Below, one piece after another: positions 16,001 through 24,314 of a stretch of 46,409 nt of DNA. A program made the translations under genes and the position numbers. Every line of letters starts with the position of its first letter. Position 1 is the stretch's first letter. The stretch lies in NCBI GenBank assembly GCA_002726205.1, contig PBSL01000050.1, positions 1 to 46,409 on the forward strand, in the 5' to 3' direction. The notes beneath the pieces are model-generated. The model was not told where the DNA came from. It searched no databases and saw only the letters and a list, made by a program, of their open reading frames with translations. Source of the DNA: Planctomycetaceae bacterium (GTDB lineage Bacteria; Planctomycetota; Planctomycetia; Planctomycetales; Planctomycetaceae).

Positions 16001-18727
16001 GTCCAGGAGTTCATGGGACCGCGGTACGCCGAGGCCTACGTCAAGGGAATTCACGATCACGATGCCGAGACCATCCTCGTCTCGTTGTTGCAGATGAACG
16101 ACCAGATCGGGTTGTTGCGGTACCACGCCCGGGCCCGCGCGATGGCCAAGGTCTTCTGGAACCACTTTGGCGAAAAGGCCGGCAAGGACCGCATCGCCTC
16201 GCAGTTGAAAGGTTTCGGCAATATCGGCGAGGTGTTTCCCGGCACAACCGCCCAGGCCGCCTACGTCACAACGCTGACCGGCATGCTCGAGGAATTCGTC
16301 TCGGCCGAAGGACTGTTTGACGCCGCACTGGTGACCGAGGCGGCCGAGTACCTGTTTGCCGAGTTGTGCCATCCCGCGACCGGGTTTGTCATCAGTCGCA
16401 CGGCAGCCGAACTCTACGAGTCCTTCACGGGACATCTCAAGAGTTCCAGCCACGCCGACCGCTTCTCGGCAAGCCTCAATGCTGTCAAGAAAGACCCCGC
16501 CGGTGGCCTGCATGTCGCCCGGGACTGGGTCGAAGCGTTCCTGGAAAGCCGCGACGATTCCGAATCCACCGACCACGTCGACGAGGTCGCGACGCTGTTG
16601 CTCGGCGGGAACCTCGAGCGCCGGAACGTGATCGACGCGTCCGCCGTCACCGATCTCGACGGCATCACCGGCGACCATCCGATGATCGACGGCGACAGCT
16701 ACCACCTGCACTACAACCGCTTCATGCAGAAACTCACCGGCTTCCACAACAACCGGGTGCCACGCTTCCTGGCCTACCAGGACCAGAAGAAAGAACTCGT
16801 CGAGCTGGCCCGCGATTCAATGCGACTCGACGAATTTCGCCCCCGCGTGCTGACGTCCTTCGTCCGCAACAAGTTGATCGACCAGGTCTACCTACCAGTG
16901 ATCGGAGACAACCTCGCCAAGCAGATCGGCGTGGTCGGAGAGGAGAAGCGGACCGACCTGATGGGATTGCTGCTGCTGGTCTCACCGCCGGGCTACGGCA
17001 AGACCACCCTGATGGAATACATCGCCAACAGGCTCGGCGTGATCTTCATGAAGATCAACGGACCGGCCATCGGCCACCAGGTCACGTCACTGGATCCGGC
17101 CGAGGCGCCCAACGCGGCAGCCCGCGAGGAACTCCAGAAACTCAACCTCGCCCTGGAAATGGGCGACAACGTGATGATCTACGTCGACGACATCCAGCAC
17201 ACCAACCCCGAATTCCTGCAGAAGTTCATCTCGCTGTGCGATGCGCAACGAAAGATCGAGGGCGTCTACAAGGGACGGACCCGTACCTACGACCTCCGCG
17301 GACGCAAGGTCTCGGTCATCATGGCGGGCAACCCCTACACCGAGAGTGGCGAGAAGTTCCAGATCCCGGACATGCTGACCAACCGGGCCGACATCTATAA
17401 CCTCGGCGAGATGATCGGCGAGAATGCCGACTCGTTCGAGATGAGCTATCTGGAGAACTGCCTGACATCCAACTCGGCACTCAATCAACTCGCCACCCGC
17501 AGCCAGAACGACGTCTACGCGGTGATTCGAATGGCACAGGGAGACCCGGCTGAGGACGTCGAAATCGAGGGCAATTATTCGACCGAGGAACTCGGCGAGT
17601 TCGTCGCCGTCATGAAGAAACTGATGCGGGTTCGTGACGTGATCCTGGCGGTCAACCGCGAGTACATCCGCTCGGCGGCCATGTCGGACGATTACCGCAC
17701 CGAGCCGGCCTTCAAGCTGCAAGGTTCCTACCGGAACATGAATCGGATCGCCGAAAAAGTGGTCCCGATCATGAATGACAATGAACTCGAATCACTGATC
17801 CTCTCGAATTACGAGAACGACTCCCAGACACTGACCTCCGACACCGAAGCCAACATGCTGAAGTTCAGGGAGTTGATCGGTGCCCTCGATGAGGAGGAAC
17901 TCAGCCGCTGGGAGCAGATCAAGAAGACGTTCCAGCAAAACGTCAAGCTCCGCGGCGTCGGCAGCGACGACCGGATCGGCCAGGTCGTGGTGCAGTTGAG
18001 CAGTTTCAGCGAAGGACTCGAGTCGATCCGCGACGCGATGACCGATGGCCTGCAGCAACTGGCCGCCGAAGACGGCCGCGGCACCGGAGAGGCCGACACG
18101 GGAGACGAAACGGTCGATTCGATCGGGGAAGTTGCCGGGCAATTGACCCAGCAGCTCGAAGGTGTGACGACCGGACTGGACGAAATCCGGCTGGCCATGG
18201 CCTCGGGCATCGACCGACTCGCATCCGAAACCGACCGGCCCGGTGACGGCGTCGTCGATGAAAGGATCTCCGGGCACGTGGCCGAGCTGAAAGCAAGCCT
18301 CGATGCCATCCGCGATGCGCTGGCCGAAGCCGCAGCGCGACCGGTGACGGTAACCGCCTCCCCGGGACCGATCGCCGAAGAGGACACCGACGAGAATCAG
18401 CAGGCGGGAGGAATTCCGGTCCGGGTCGTCGAGCCCGACGATCCGGAGGATGACGACGGCGAAGAAGAACTCGAGCAACTCAATACCGCAAACACGATCA
18501 CCGTCGTCAACAAGATTCCTCCGAGCCTGTTGAAAGTGCTGCGACAGCAGTTCCTGCTGATGGAGGGCTGGATGGAGCCGATCCTCAAGAACAGTCAGTC
18601 AACTCAGAACGACCTGAAGCTGTTGGGTGAACGGCTCGACGCGACGATGGACGATTACGAACGCCTGATCGGCCAGGTCTCGGAATCCCGGAAGAAAAGC
18701 AGTCGCGCCCGGCGGGCCGACAAGTGA
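13100..18727 (+). CDS. Giant (~1875 aa) protein with C-terminal MoxR/AAA_5-like AAA+ ATPase domain; N-terminal ~1300 aa of unrecognised fold
   Basis: Walker A is LLLLVSPPGYGKTTL and Walker B is MIYVDDIQHTNPE. The MoxR-like stretch AGNPYTESGEKFQIPDMLTNRADIYNL resembles NP.E..G.f.lPeaqlDRF. It has central coiled-coil segments and an acidic C-terminal tail. The start is set to the ATG at 13100 (AGGAA upstream), 37 nt after the flotillin stop. The track ORF begins at a GTG that overlaps flotillin. Confidence 0.75.
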   Translation: MADAEHPHDDAVATDSPDVSPVDSGDAASEMQLESGTYEIIRQRLSSHGQGLRQRLAKLNTGRKDAFGSIDTALLGTERITTAHNCVPRDMVSIGPHLLFGYNVTFGLKSEITVTDVFAVHEFVEGKFQAAPLALIDDDRFQKDFEDVYKYYKHATFAKFFQAGPNLYMIFRVGASVSDIKTFKWAITDDRLVYVDSRSDHEVRFPPQHGFEWSRATRDMHRAGEHPHVSIDDRLFVETVGGDLTVKIENNTASGAGIYTEPVDHVDQTLDDADINFSLLGNIILLKIRPYQEQTDRYLVYNEKAEQVVRLDTIEHACVLLPDDHGLVFSNGYYLQTGEYKAFESDLQDMLFDRRIDSPNGEDFLYVFYNRENGIYILLNYNLISQQIETPLICNGYTMFEGGELVCFRAQDAASKHHAIQIWQTPFTGEGYEPPGQEETYLHKIGNKEIVRGMAECHEVLGLIGKEDTYANLYVDIVKQATDILDSFFWISSEETGGLAEPLTAIRDAAAAGIDEYEKVVRVRRNTAAETGRVEEETRAIIADVGRRRFESIQDFVDSLTALRRIRGDIITLRDLRYVDASLVDTLEEEVGQQNDTLSHRCVEFLLQPASLAPYQEKVVAEHAQIESLTKVTDARSLEENISQSAADLEMLIDIVSNLDIDDATQRTTIIDNISNIFSTVNQARTALKKKSRDLMSVEGVAEFNSQLKLLDQSIVNFLDVCDTPEKCDELLTKVMIQIEELEGRFAEFDEFVVQLSEKRDEVYNAFETRKLQLVEARNRRANALMAAAERILGGIQSRVGTLESVNDINGYFAADLMIDKVRDIVDQLTELDDSVKVDDIQSQLKTIREDAVRQLKDRQDLFVGGENVIKMGNHHFSVNVQQLDLTTVFRDDEMTLHLTGTNFFEPVDDDTFLATRDLWNQEIVSETPNVYRGEYLAYQLLGALGGDELPTPADFLALEKPGRLEIVQEFMGPRYAEAYVKGIHDHDAETILVSLLQMNDQIGLLRYHARARAMAKVFWNHFGEKAGKDRIASQLKGFGNIGEVFPGTTAQAAYVTTLTGMLEEFVSAEGLFDAALVTEAAEYLFAELCHPATGFVISRTAAELYESFTGHLKSSSHADRFSASLNAVKKDPAGGLHVARDWVEAFLESRDDSESTDHVDEVATLLLGGNLERRNVIDASAVTDLDGITGDHPMIDGDSYHLHYNRFMQKLTGFHNNRVPRFLAYQDQKKELVELARDSMRLDEFRPRVLTSFVRNKLIDQVYLPVIGDNLAKQIGVVGEEKRTDLMGLLLLVSPPGYGKTTLMEYIANRLGVIFMKINGPAIGHQVTSLDPAEAPNAAAREELQKLNLALEMGDNVMIYVDDIQHTNPEFLQKFISLCDAQRKIEGVYKGRTRTYDLRGRKVSVIMAGNPYTESGEKFQIPDMLTNRADIYNLGEMIGENADSFEMSYLENCLTSNSALNQLATRSQNDVYAVIRMAQGDPAEDVEIEGNYSTEELGEFVAVMKKLMRVRDVILAVNREYIRSAAMSDDYRTEPAFKLQGSYRNMNRIAEKVVPIMNDNELESLILSNYENDSQTLTSDTEANMLKFRELIGALDEEELSRWEQIKKTFQQNVKLRGVGSDDRIGQVVVQLSSFSEGLESIRDAMTDGLQQLAAEDGRGTGEADTGDETVDSIGEVAGQLTQQLEGVTTGLDEIRLAMASGIDRLASETDRPGDGVVDERISGHVAELKASLDAIRDALAEAAARPVTVTASPGPIAEEDTDENQQAGGIPVRVVEPDDPEDDDGEEELEQLNTANTITVVNKIPPSLLKVLRQQFLLMEGWMEPILKNSQSTQNDLKLLGERLDATMDDYERLIGQVSESRKKSSRARRADK

Positions 18728-18797
18728 GAGCGAAAAACTTCCCGGCTTGACGGGCGGAGATATCGCGGCGGCGGGAAACCGGTTCCGATCCAGGGCG

Positions 18798-19055
18798 CTA
18801 CGACTCGCCCCGCTTCCAGTGCAGGCGATTGCGACTGAGAACGCCTCGACGCATGGCACATTCCATGCAGAATTTCTCGTCATCGAACTGCATGTAGATC
18901 TCGCCGGCCATCAGCAGGTGATAGAAATCTTCTCCGGATTTCATCGCGAAGCAGTATTCCCGCTCCCAGGTCGTCTTGATCCGCACCCGCCAGCCATCTT
19001 CCCAGGCTGGTACGTACAACCGGCCGTCATCGGCCTCCCGGTCCGGTTCGCCCAT
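18798..19055 (-). CDS. Small hypothetical protein (85 aa) with Cys/His cluster (..EREYCFAMK..FCMECAMRRG..)
   Basis: Strong SD (AAGGAGGAG) 6-7 nt upstream of the ATG, overlapping the Ldh_2 stop codon. Balanced composition. No family recognised. Confidence 0.55.
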   Translation of the reverse strand: MGEPDREADDGRLYVPAWEDGWRVRIKTTWEREYCFAMKSGEDFYHLLMAGEIYMQFDDEKFCMECAMRRGVLSRNRLHWKRGES

Positions 19056-19067
19056 CCTCGCTCCTCC

Positions 19068-20147
19068 TTATACCGACCCGTTGTCGACCTCCGGAAGCTC
19101 GACACCCAGTGAGTCGGCCCGCTCAACCAGTGCCTGCCAGTTGCCCTCGTCGATCGGGATCCCCGACACGGAACGTATCGCCAGTGTCTCCCGCTCGGGA
19201 TCGCCAGGCAAGATCACCCGATCAACACCGTCAATCAACGGCACTCCACGCACGTAGGCTTCCATGCCGGCAAGTTCCCTGGCCGCATGCTCGACGGACC
19301 CAAATCGCTCGATGCTGATCACGATGAACATCGCGCAATTTCCCAGGGGGACCGGAGGTGGTGGCGACTGGACACAATCGCCCTCCGACAACACGCCGCA
19401 CAACATCTCGATCATCAATGCCAGACCAAATCCCTTGTACGCCTGGCCACCACCCATCGGCAGGATCGTGCCGGGAGGATCCCCGTACAATTGGTTCGGG
19501 TCGGTCGTGGGCCGACCGTGGGGGTCCAACACCCAGCCCTCGGGAACCTCCGCCCCGGCAATCTTCTGCACCCTGACTTTTCCCTCGGCCGTGGCACTGG
19601 TCCCGAAGTCGAGAACAAAGGGACCGCCCTGGCCTCCGGGCATGCCGATCGAAATCGGGTTGGTCCCCAGCCTGGGCCGCTTGCCTCCAACCGGAGCCAC
19701 CCGCTGTGCCGTGCCATGCGTGTTGGCACAGACAATCGCCGCCATGCCCGACTCGGCCGCCATCTCACTGTATTCACCCAGCCGACCAATATGGGCCGAA
19801 CGACGCAGGGCACCACAGGCAATGCCCGCCGCCTGAGCCCGTGTGATCAAGCGACCCACCAGGTCCCGGGCAAGGACCTGCCCAAATCCCCAGCCGCCAT
19901 CGCACGTCAACATCGCCGGAGTCTCACGCAATACCTCAAGCGACTGACCGGTCTTGATGTGACCCGAAGCAACCCGGTCGAGATAAAACGGCAGCCGCAT
20001 CACTCCATGAGAGTCATGGCCACGAAGATTGGCGCCGACAAGGCTGCTCGCCACCGTCGTCGCTTCGCTCGCATCAGCCCCTCCGGCAACCAGCAGTTTC
20101 CCGGAAAACTGCCTCAACTCATCCGCGCCAAGACATGGCATGAACAC
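19068..20147 (-). CDS. Ldh_2 family (malate/L-lactate/ureidoglycolate-type) NAD(P)-dependent dehydrogenase
   Basis: GHDSHGVMRLPFY motif, the conserved His of the Ldh_2 family, and overall length ~355 aa. The start is either GTG at 20147 or ATG at 20141. Confidence 0.8.
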   Translation of the reverse strand: MFMPCLGADELRQFSGKLLVAGGADASEATTVASSLVGANLRGHDSHGVMRLPFYLDRVASGHIKTGQSLEVLRETPAMLTCDGGWGFGQVLARDLVGRLITRAQAAGIACGALRRSAHIGRLGEYSEMAAESGMAAIVCANTHGTAQRVAPVGGKRPRLGTNPISIGMPGGQGGPFVLDFGTSATAEGKVRVQKIAGAEVPEGWVLDPHGRPTTDPNQLYGDPPGTILPMGGGQAYKGFGLALMIEMLCGVLSEGDCVQSPPPPVPLGNCAMFIVISIERFGSVEHAARELAGMEAYVRGVPLIDGVDRVILPGDPERETLAIRSVSGIPIDEGNWQALVERADSLGVELPEVDNGSV

Positions 20148-20462
20148 CCCTTCTCGTTGTTGTCACAGCCGTCGCGACACAAATCCGATTCCGGTTCAGA
20201 CCTGAAGAAACCGCCATTAATAAACCTCCGTCATAACCGGTGCAACGCTCCGACATCACACAGCCGAAACCGAAACCTCGTCGGAATCACGGTTTTCTGC
20301 CACCAAATGAACTGATCAATCCGATCACACCTACCGTAACGATGTCGCCGACACCGGCGACCATATCACATTTCTTGTCAAACTCGCGACGATAGAGGAA
20401 CTGGGCAGGAAGGGAAGACTGTCCGTATCCCACCAAGTTGTTGCACCAGGAAGAGTCTACTG

Positions 20463-20765
20463 ATGAGTGAATGCCTCGACGAGATTCGCACGCTTGATGA
20501 ACTCCGTGACTTCGTACACCGCACGCTTTGTGACAAGGAAAACCTGCTTGCCGAGCAGTTCTCGCTGGCCGAGGGAGAGTTGTCGCGGCGTGGTCGCCGA
20601 TGCGGCCTGCAGTTCACCGTGCAGGGTCCGCGGCATGTGCGGCTTGGTGCGATCTGGGAGAGTCACCACAACCAGGTCTACTTCTACGATGCCCGGGGAA
20701 CACGGTTCCTCAAGGTCCGACTTGCTCGACGGCTGATGACCGACACGCTCGTCGAGGCCGTTTAG
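20463..20765 (+). CDS. Small hypothetical protein (100 aa)
   Basis: AGGAAGAG RBS 7 nt upstream of the ATG. Clean composition. The 3' end overlaps the nadB stop by 4 nt (convergent). Confidence 0.5.
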   Translation: MSECLDEIRTLDELRDFVHRTLCDKENLLAEQFSLAEGELSRRGRRCGLQFTVQGPRHVRLGAIWESHHNQVYFYDARGTRFLKVRLARRLMTDTLVEAV

Positions 20766-22348
20766 GCTGGCGTTGGTTGTTGCCGACCGTCGTCGCCGGT
20801 GCTGATGGGAATATGGTCGGCCTGCGCGGGATCGGTCTCGGGAAAATCACGTCTCAGGTGAACGCCTCGGCTTTCGGTCCGCTTGCAGGCCGCGGCGATC
20901 ATCAGTTGAGAGACGAGCAGCAGGTTCTGCAATTCCCAGCCGTCGACCTCCGAGAATTCTCGGTTCGACACGAATCGATCCCAGAATTCCACCTGCGCGG
21001 CCGCCTCGCGCATCGCTTCCTCGGTTCGCTCGATGCCGACCTGCCGCCACATCAGGCTCGAGAGGGCGTTGCGGAGATCGGTGATGTTGAGATCTTCGTC
21101 GTCGGTCTCCACCGGCCAATCCGAGATCAGCGATGGCACCGAAAAATCATCCTCGTCCTCGCGGGCAGTCCGGGAGGCCTCGCGGCCGGTTCTCAGTCCA
21201 TACACCAGGCCCTCGACAAGGCTGTTGGATGCCAGGCGATTGGCACCGTGCAAACCAGTTGAAGTCACTTCACCGGCCGACCACAATCCCGGCAGCGTCG
21301 TCTGACCGTTGGCATCGACGACCACGCCTCCGATCATGTAGTGCGCCCCGGGGCGGACCGGAACCTGGTCGCAGGTGATGTCGACACCGAACTCGGCGCA
21401 CACCCGGGTGATGTGAGGAAAGCGATCGCGGACGAAATCCGCATCGAGGTGCGTCAGGTCGAGGTACACGCACGGATGACGGGTAAGCGTCATCTGTTCG
21501 GTGATTGCCTGGCTGACCACGTCCCGCGGTGCCAGTTCCGCCGCCTCATTGTAGTCGGGCATGAACCGCTGCCCATGGCAGTCCCGCAACCAGGCACCCT
21601 CCCCCCGCACCGCCTCGGAAATCAGGTGCCGGGAACTGCCGGCAATGTAGAGTACCGTCGGGTGGAACTGCATGAATTCCATGTCCCGCAATTCGGCCCC
21701 GGCCCGGAAAGCGATCGCGTGGCCGTCGGCGGTTGCGATTTCCGGGTTGGTTGTTTCTCGAAACAACTGACCGGCCCCCCCGGTCGCCAGGATCGTCTGC
21801 TTGGCCCAGATGCAGGTAATCGGTCTTTGCCGATCGTGCACGATCGCACCCCGGCACCGTCCCGCTTCGGTCAGCAGGTCGATCGTGAACGTCTTCTCCC
21901 AGACCTGGACCCTCGACCGGCCCTCCACGGCCGCTCGCAGCGCCCGCATCACTTCCTTGCCCGTCGCATCACCATCCGCATGAACGATCCGTCGATGACT
22001 GTGCCCACCTTCGCGTGTCAGCGAGATCCGGCCGTTGTCCTGGTCGAACCGCGTGCCGATCCCGATCAATTCACGAATCCGCTCGGGTGCCTCGCCCACG
22101 ACCATCTCGACCACGTCGTGATCACACAGGCCCTTGCCGGCGGCAATCGTGTCGGCGATGTGGTTGGCAAGATCATCAAGCGGATCCAGGACACCGGCGA
22201 TTCCCCCCTGGGCCTGGTCGCTGTTGGAGAGCGTCAGCAGGTCCTTGGTGACGACGATGGCCGAGAGCGCCGGATCGATCGCCAGGGCCGCCCTCAGGCC
22301 GGCGATGCCGCCCCCGATCACCAGCACGTCGGTGAAGACATGAGCCAC
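20762..22348 (-). CDS. nadB: L-aspartate oxidase
   Basis: FAD-binding DVLVIGGGIAGLRAALAI. Fumarate-reductase/succinate-dehydrogenase flavoprotein-family motifs (HYMIGGV, RLASNSLVEGLVYG). Length ~528 aa fits NadB rather than SdhA. The probable start is a GTG (V-A-H-V-F-T-D-V-L-V-I-G-G-G) at 22348. The track ORF extends to 22498. Confidence 0.8.
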   Translation of the reverse strand: MAHVFTDVLVIGGGIAGLRAALAIDPALSAIVVTKDLLTLSNSDQAQGGIAGVLDPLDDLANHIADTIAAGKGLCDHDVVEMVVGEAPERIRELIGIGTRFDQDNGRISLTREGGHSHRRIVHADGDATGKEVMRALRAAVEGRSRVQVWEKTFTIDLLTEAGRCRGAIVHDRQRPITCIWAKQTILATGGAGQLFRETTNPEIATADGHAIAFRAGAELRDMEFMQFHPTVLYIAGSSRHLISEAVRGEGAWLRDCHGQRFMPDYNEAAELAPRDVVSQAITEQMTLTRHPCVYLDLTHLDADFVRDRFPHITRVCAEFGVDITCDQVPVRPGAHYMIGGVVVDANGQTTLPGLWSAGEVTSTGLHGANRLASNSLVEGLVYGLRTGREASRTAREDEDDFSVPSLISDWPVETDDEDLNITDLRNALSSLMWRQVGIERTEEAMREAAAQVEFWDRFVSNREFSEVDGWELQNLLLVSQLMIAAACKRTESRGVHLRRDFPETDPAQADHIPISTGDDGRQQPTPA

Positions 22349-22466
22349 TCGCTTGGGCGAGAAGCGGACGAGATAACGTCGGCGGGGAGAAACATACAGA
22401 GGCGTCACGGGATTCGCTCTCGGAAAAACGCCACGACAAACCGGCAACGGGGCATAACCACCACAC

Positions 22467-23276
22467 CTAGATGGTCGTCGCCATGAAACCACCATCAACC
22501 ACGATATTGGCGCCCGTCAGGAACCCCCCGGCCCGGGAACCCGCCAGCAGCAACACCGCCCCGGCCAGTTCCTGGGGTTCTCCGAACCGATCCATCGGCG
22601 TGTGCCCCATGATGCTGGCCACCCGCTCCGGGGTCAGCACCTTCCGATTCTGCTCGGCCGGAAAGAATCCCGGCGAGAGGGCGTTGACGCGAATGCCGTC
22701 GGCAGCCCACTCGCGAGCGAGGTTCTGGGTCAGGTTGAGAACGGCCGCCTTGGTGGCCGAATAGGTGAAGACCCGGGACAGGGCCGTCATCCCTGAAAGC
22801 GAGGCGATGTTGATGATCGAGCCACCGGCGTCGTCGGCGAGCATGGCAGCCCCGAAGACCTGGCAGGCCAGTCGGACGCCGCGGAGGTTGATCGCCACGA
22901 TCCGCTCCCACTCCTCTTCCTCGATTTCCAGGAAGGGTGTTGCCGAGTTCACCCCGGCACCGTTGATCAGTATATCGGGACGTCGACCGGCCCCGGCCAG
23001 CGTCTCGACAATGGCCGCCAGGTCCTCCCGTGAGGTACTGTCGGCGGCCTGGAATTCGGCCGATCCCCCCGCCTGGCAAACCGCCTCGGCACGGGCCTGG
23101 CCTCGCCCGGCGTCCCGACCGACGACAACCACGTGGGCGCCGGCACCGCCGAGTGCGTCGCAGAAGGCCCCGCCAAGTACACCGGTTCCGCCGATCACGA
23201 CGGCGGTTCGACCGTCGAGTCCAAAGAGATCCTGCAGGTAGGTATCCGTCGTGGTCATCGTCATCGTTCCAGGCAT
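22467..23276 (-). CDS. SDR family NAD(P)-dependent oxidoreductase
   Basis: Rossmann TAVVIGGTGVLGGAF, NGAG motif (INGAGVN), catalytic S...YSATKAAV, and PG motif (LSPGFFP). Confidence 0.85.
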   Translation of the reverse strand: MPGTMTMTTTDTYLQDLFGLDGRTAVVIGGTGVLGGAFCDALGGAGAHVVVVGRDAGRGQARAEAVCQAGGSAEFQAADSTSREDLAAIVETLAGAGRRPDILINGAGVNSATPFLEIEEEEWERIVAINLRGVRLACQVFGAAMLADDAGGSIINIASLSGMTALSRVFTYSATKAAVLNLTQNLAREWAADGIRVNALSPGFFPAEQNRKVLTPERVASIMGHTPMDRFGEPQELAGAVLLLAGSRAGGFLTGANIVVDGGFMATTI

Positions 23277-23294
23277 TCTCGGAAATACCGCCGG

Positions 23295-24149
23295 TCACGA
23301 GCCCTCGATGAACTCCGGCTCGATCCGCTCGGGAATCACGCCCGCCTCGTGGCCGCGGGCAAGCAGCACCCGCACCGCCTCCCGCCCACGTTCACCGAAG
23401 TCGAGTGTCCAGTCGTTGACATACATGCCGACGAACGTGTCGGCCTTCCGCGTGTCGAGATCGCGGCCGTACTGCAACGCGTAGGCCAGGGCCTCGTCGC
23501 GATGTGTCAGACCGTACTCGATACTCTGTTTCAGGTAGCCGGTGACCTCGCGCATCACCTGCTCGCCAAGATCCTTGCGGATGGCGTTGGCTCCCAGGGG
23601 CAGCGGCAGACCGGTCTCCTGCAGCCACCACTTGCCCAGGTCAACAACCAGTTGCAGTCCCTGGTCAGCGAAGGTCAGCTGCCCTTCGTGGATGATCAGT
23701 CCCGCATCCGCGTCACCGGCTTCGACGATGTCCAGCAACCGGTCGAACGGGTGGACCTCGTACTCGAAATCGTCCCCCAGCAGCAGTTTCAACGACAGGA
23801 AAGCCGTCGTCAGCGTTCCGGGGACGGCGATCTTCTTCCCACGCAACTCGTCTATCGACCAGGCCTCGCGACTGACCACGATCGGCCCGTAATCATCACC
23901 CATGCTGGCTCCGCAACAGCACAGGGCGTAGATGTCGGTGAGGTGAGCATAACCGTGGAGGCTGACGGCGGTCAGTTCGAGTTCACCGCGGAAGGCGCGG
24001 TGATTGAGTGTTTCGATGTCGACGAGTTCATGCGTGAACCGGTACCGGCCGGTTTCGATGCAATCATTGGCCAGGGCATGAAACATGAAGGCGTCGTCCG
24101 GATCCGGACTGTGCCCCACCTGGATAGTGATCGTCTCTTCGCTCATCAC
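23295..24149 (-). CDS. MqnA/MqnD family protein (PF02621; likely 1,4-dihydroxy-6-naphthoate synthase of the futalosine menaquinone pathway)
   Basis: N-terminal VGHSPDPDDAFMFHAL resembles the MqnD GFSPCPND[AT]F motif. Periplasmic-binding-protein-like two-lobe length (284 aa). Confidence 0.55.
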   Translation of the reverse strand: MMSEETITIQVGHSPDPDDAFMFHALANDCIETGRYRFTHELVDIETLNHRAFRGELELTAVSLHGYAHLTDIYALCCCGASMGDDYGPIVVSREAWSIDELRGKKIAVPGTLTTAFLSLKLLLGDDFEYEVHPFDRLLDIVEAGDADAGLIIHEGQLTFADQGLQLVVDLGKWWLQETGLPLPLGANAIRKDLGEQVMREVTGYLKQSIEYGLTHRDEALAYALQYGRDLDTRKADTFVGMYVNDWTLDFGERGREAVRVLLARGHEAGVIPERIEPEFIEGS

Positions 24150-24314
24150 GTCGGGATTTCGTTCTGCGGGTTCTCGGGTGGCATCAATTCCCGGAGACCG
24201 GGCCGCACCGGAGCGCGGTTTTCCATGTTAGGCCAATCCAGTACCATTGGCCACCTTCCCCGACCGGCACCGCGACCGGTTGCTGGACCGCTTCCTGTTT
24301 AGCCGTCTCCTGCG

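Noticed and set aside
13739-16747. 1002-aa minus-strand ORF, plus many other long antisense ORFs: 1391-2557, 3396-4613, 5875-8013, 19287-20315, 21341-22486, 25503-26267, 31699-33075, 33154-34209, 37211-38179, 39380-40339, 41020-41868, 44155-45165 and 45273-46112.
   Set aside because: Each lies antisense to a gene with clear family signatures. All have Ala/Arg/Gly/Pro-rich low-complexity translations typical of stop-codon-poor frames in ~65% GC DNA, and no recognisable motifs or RBS.
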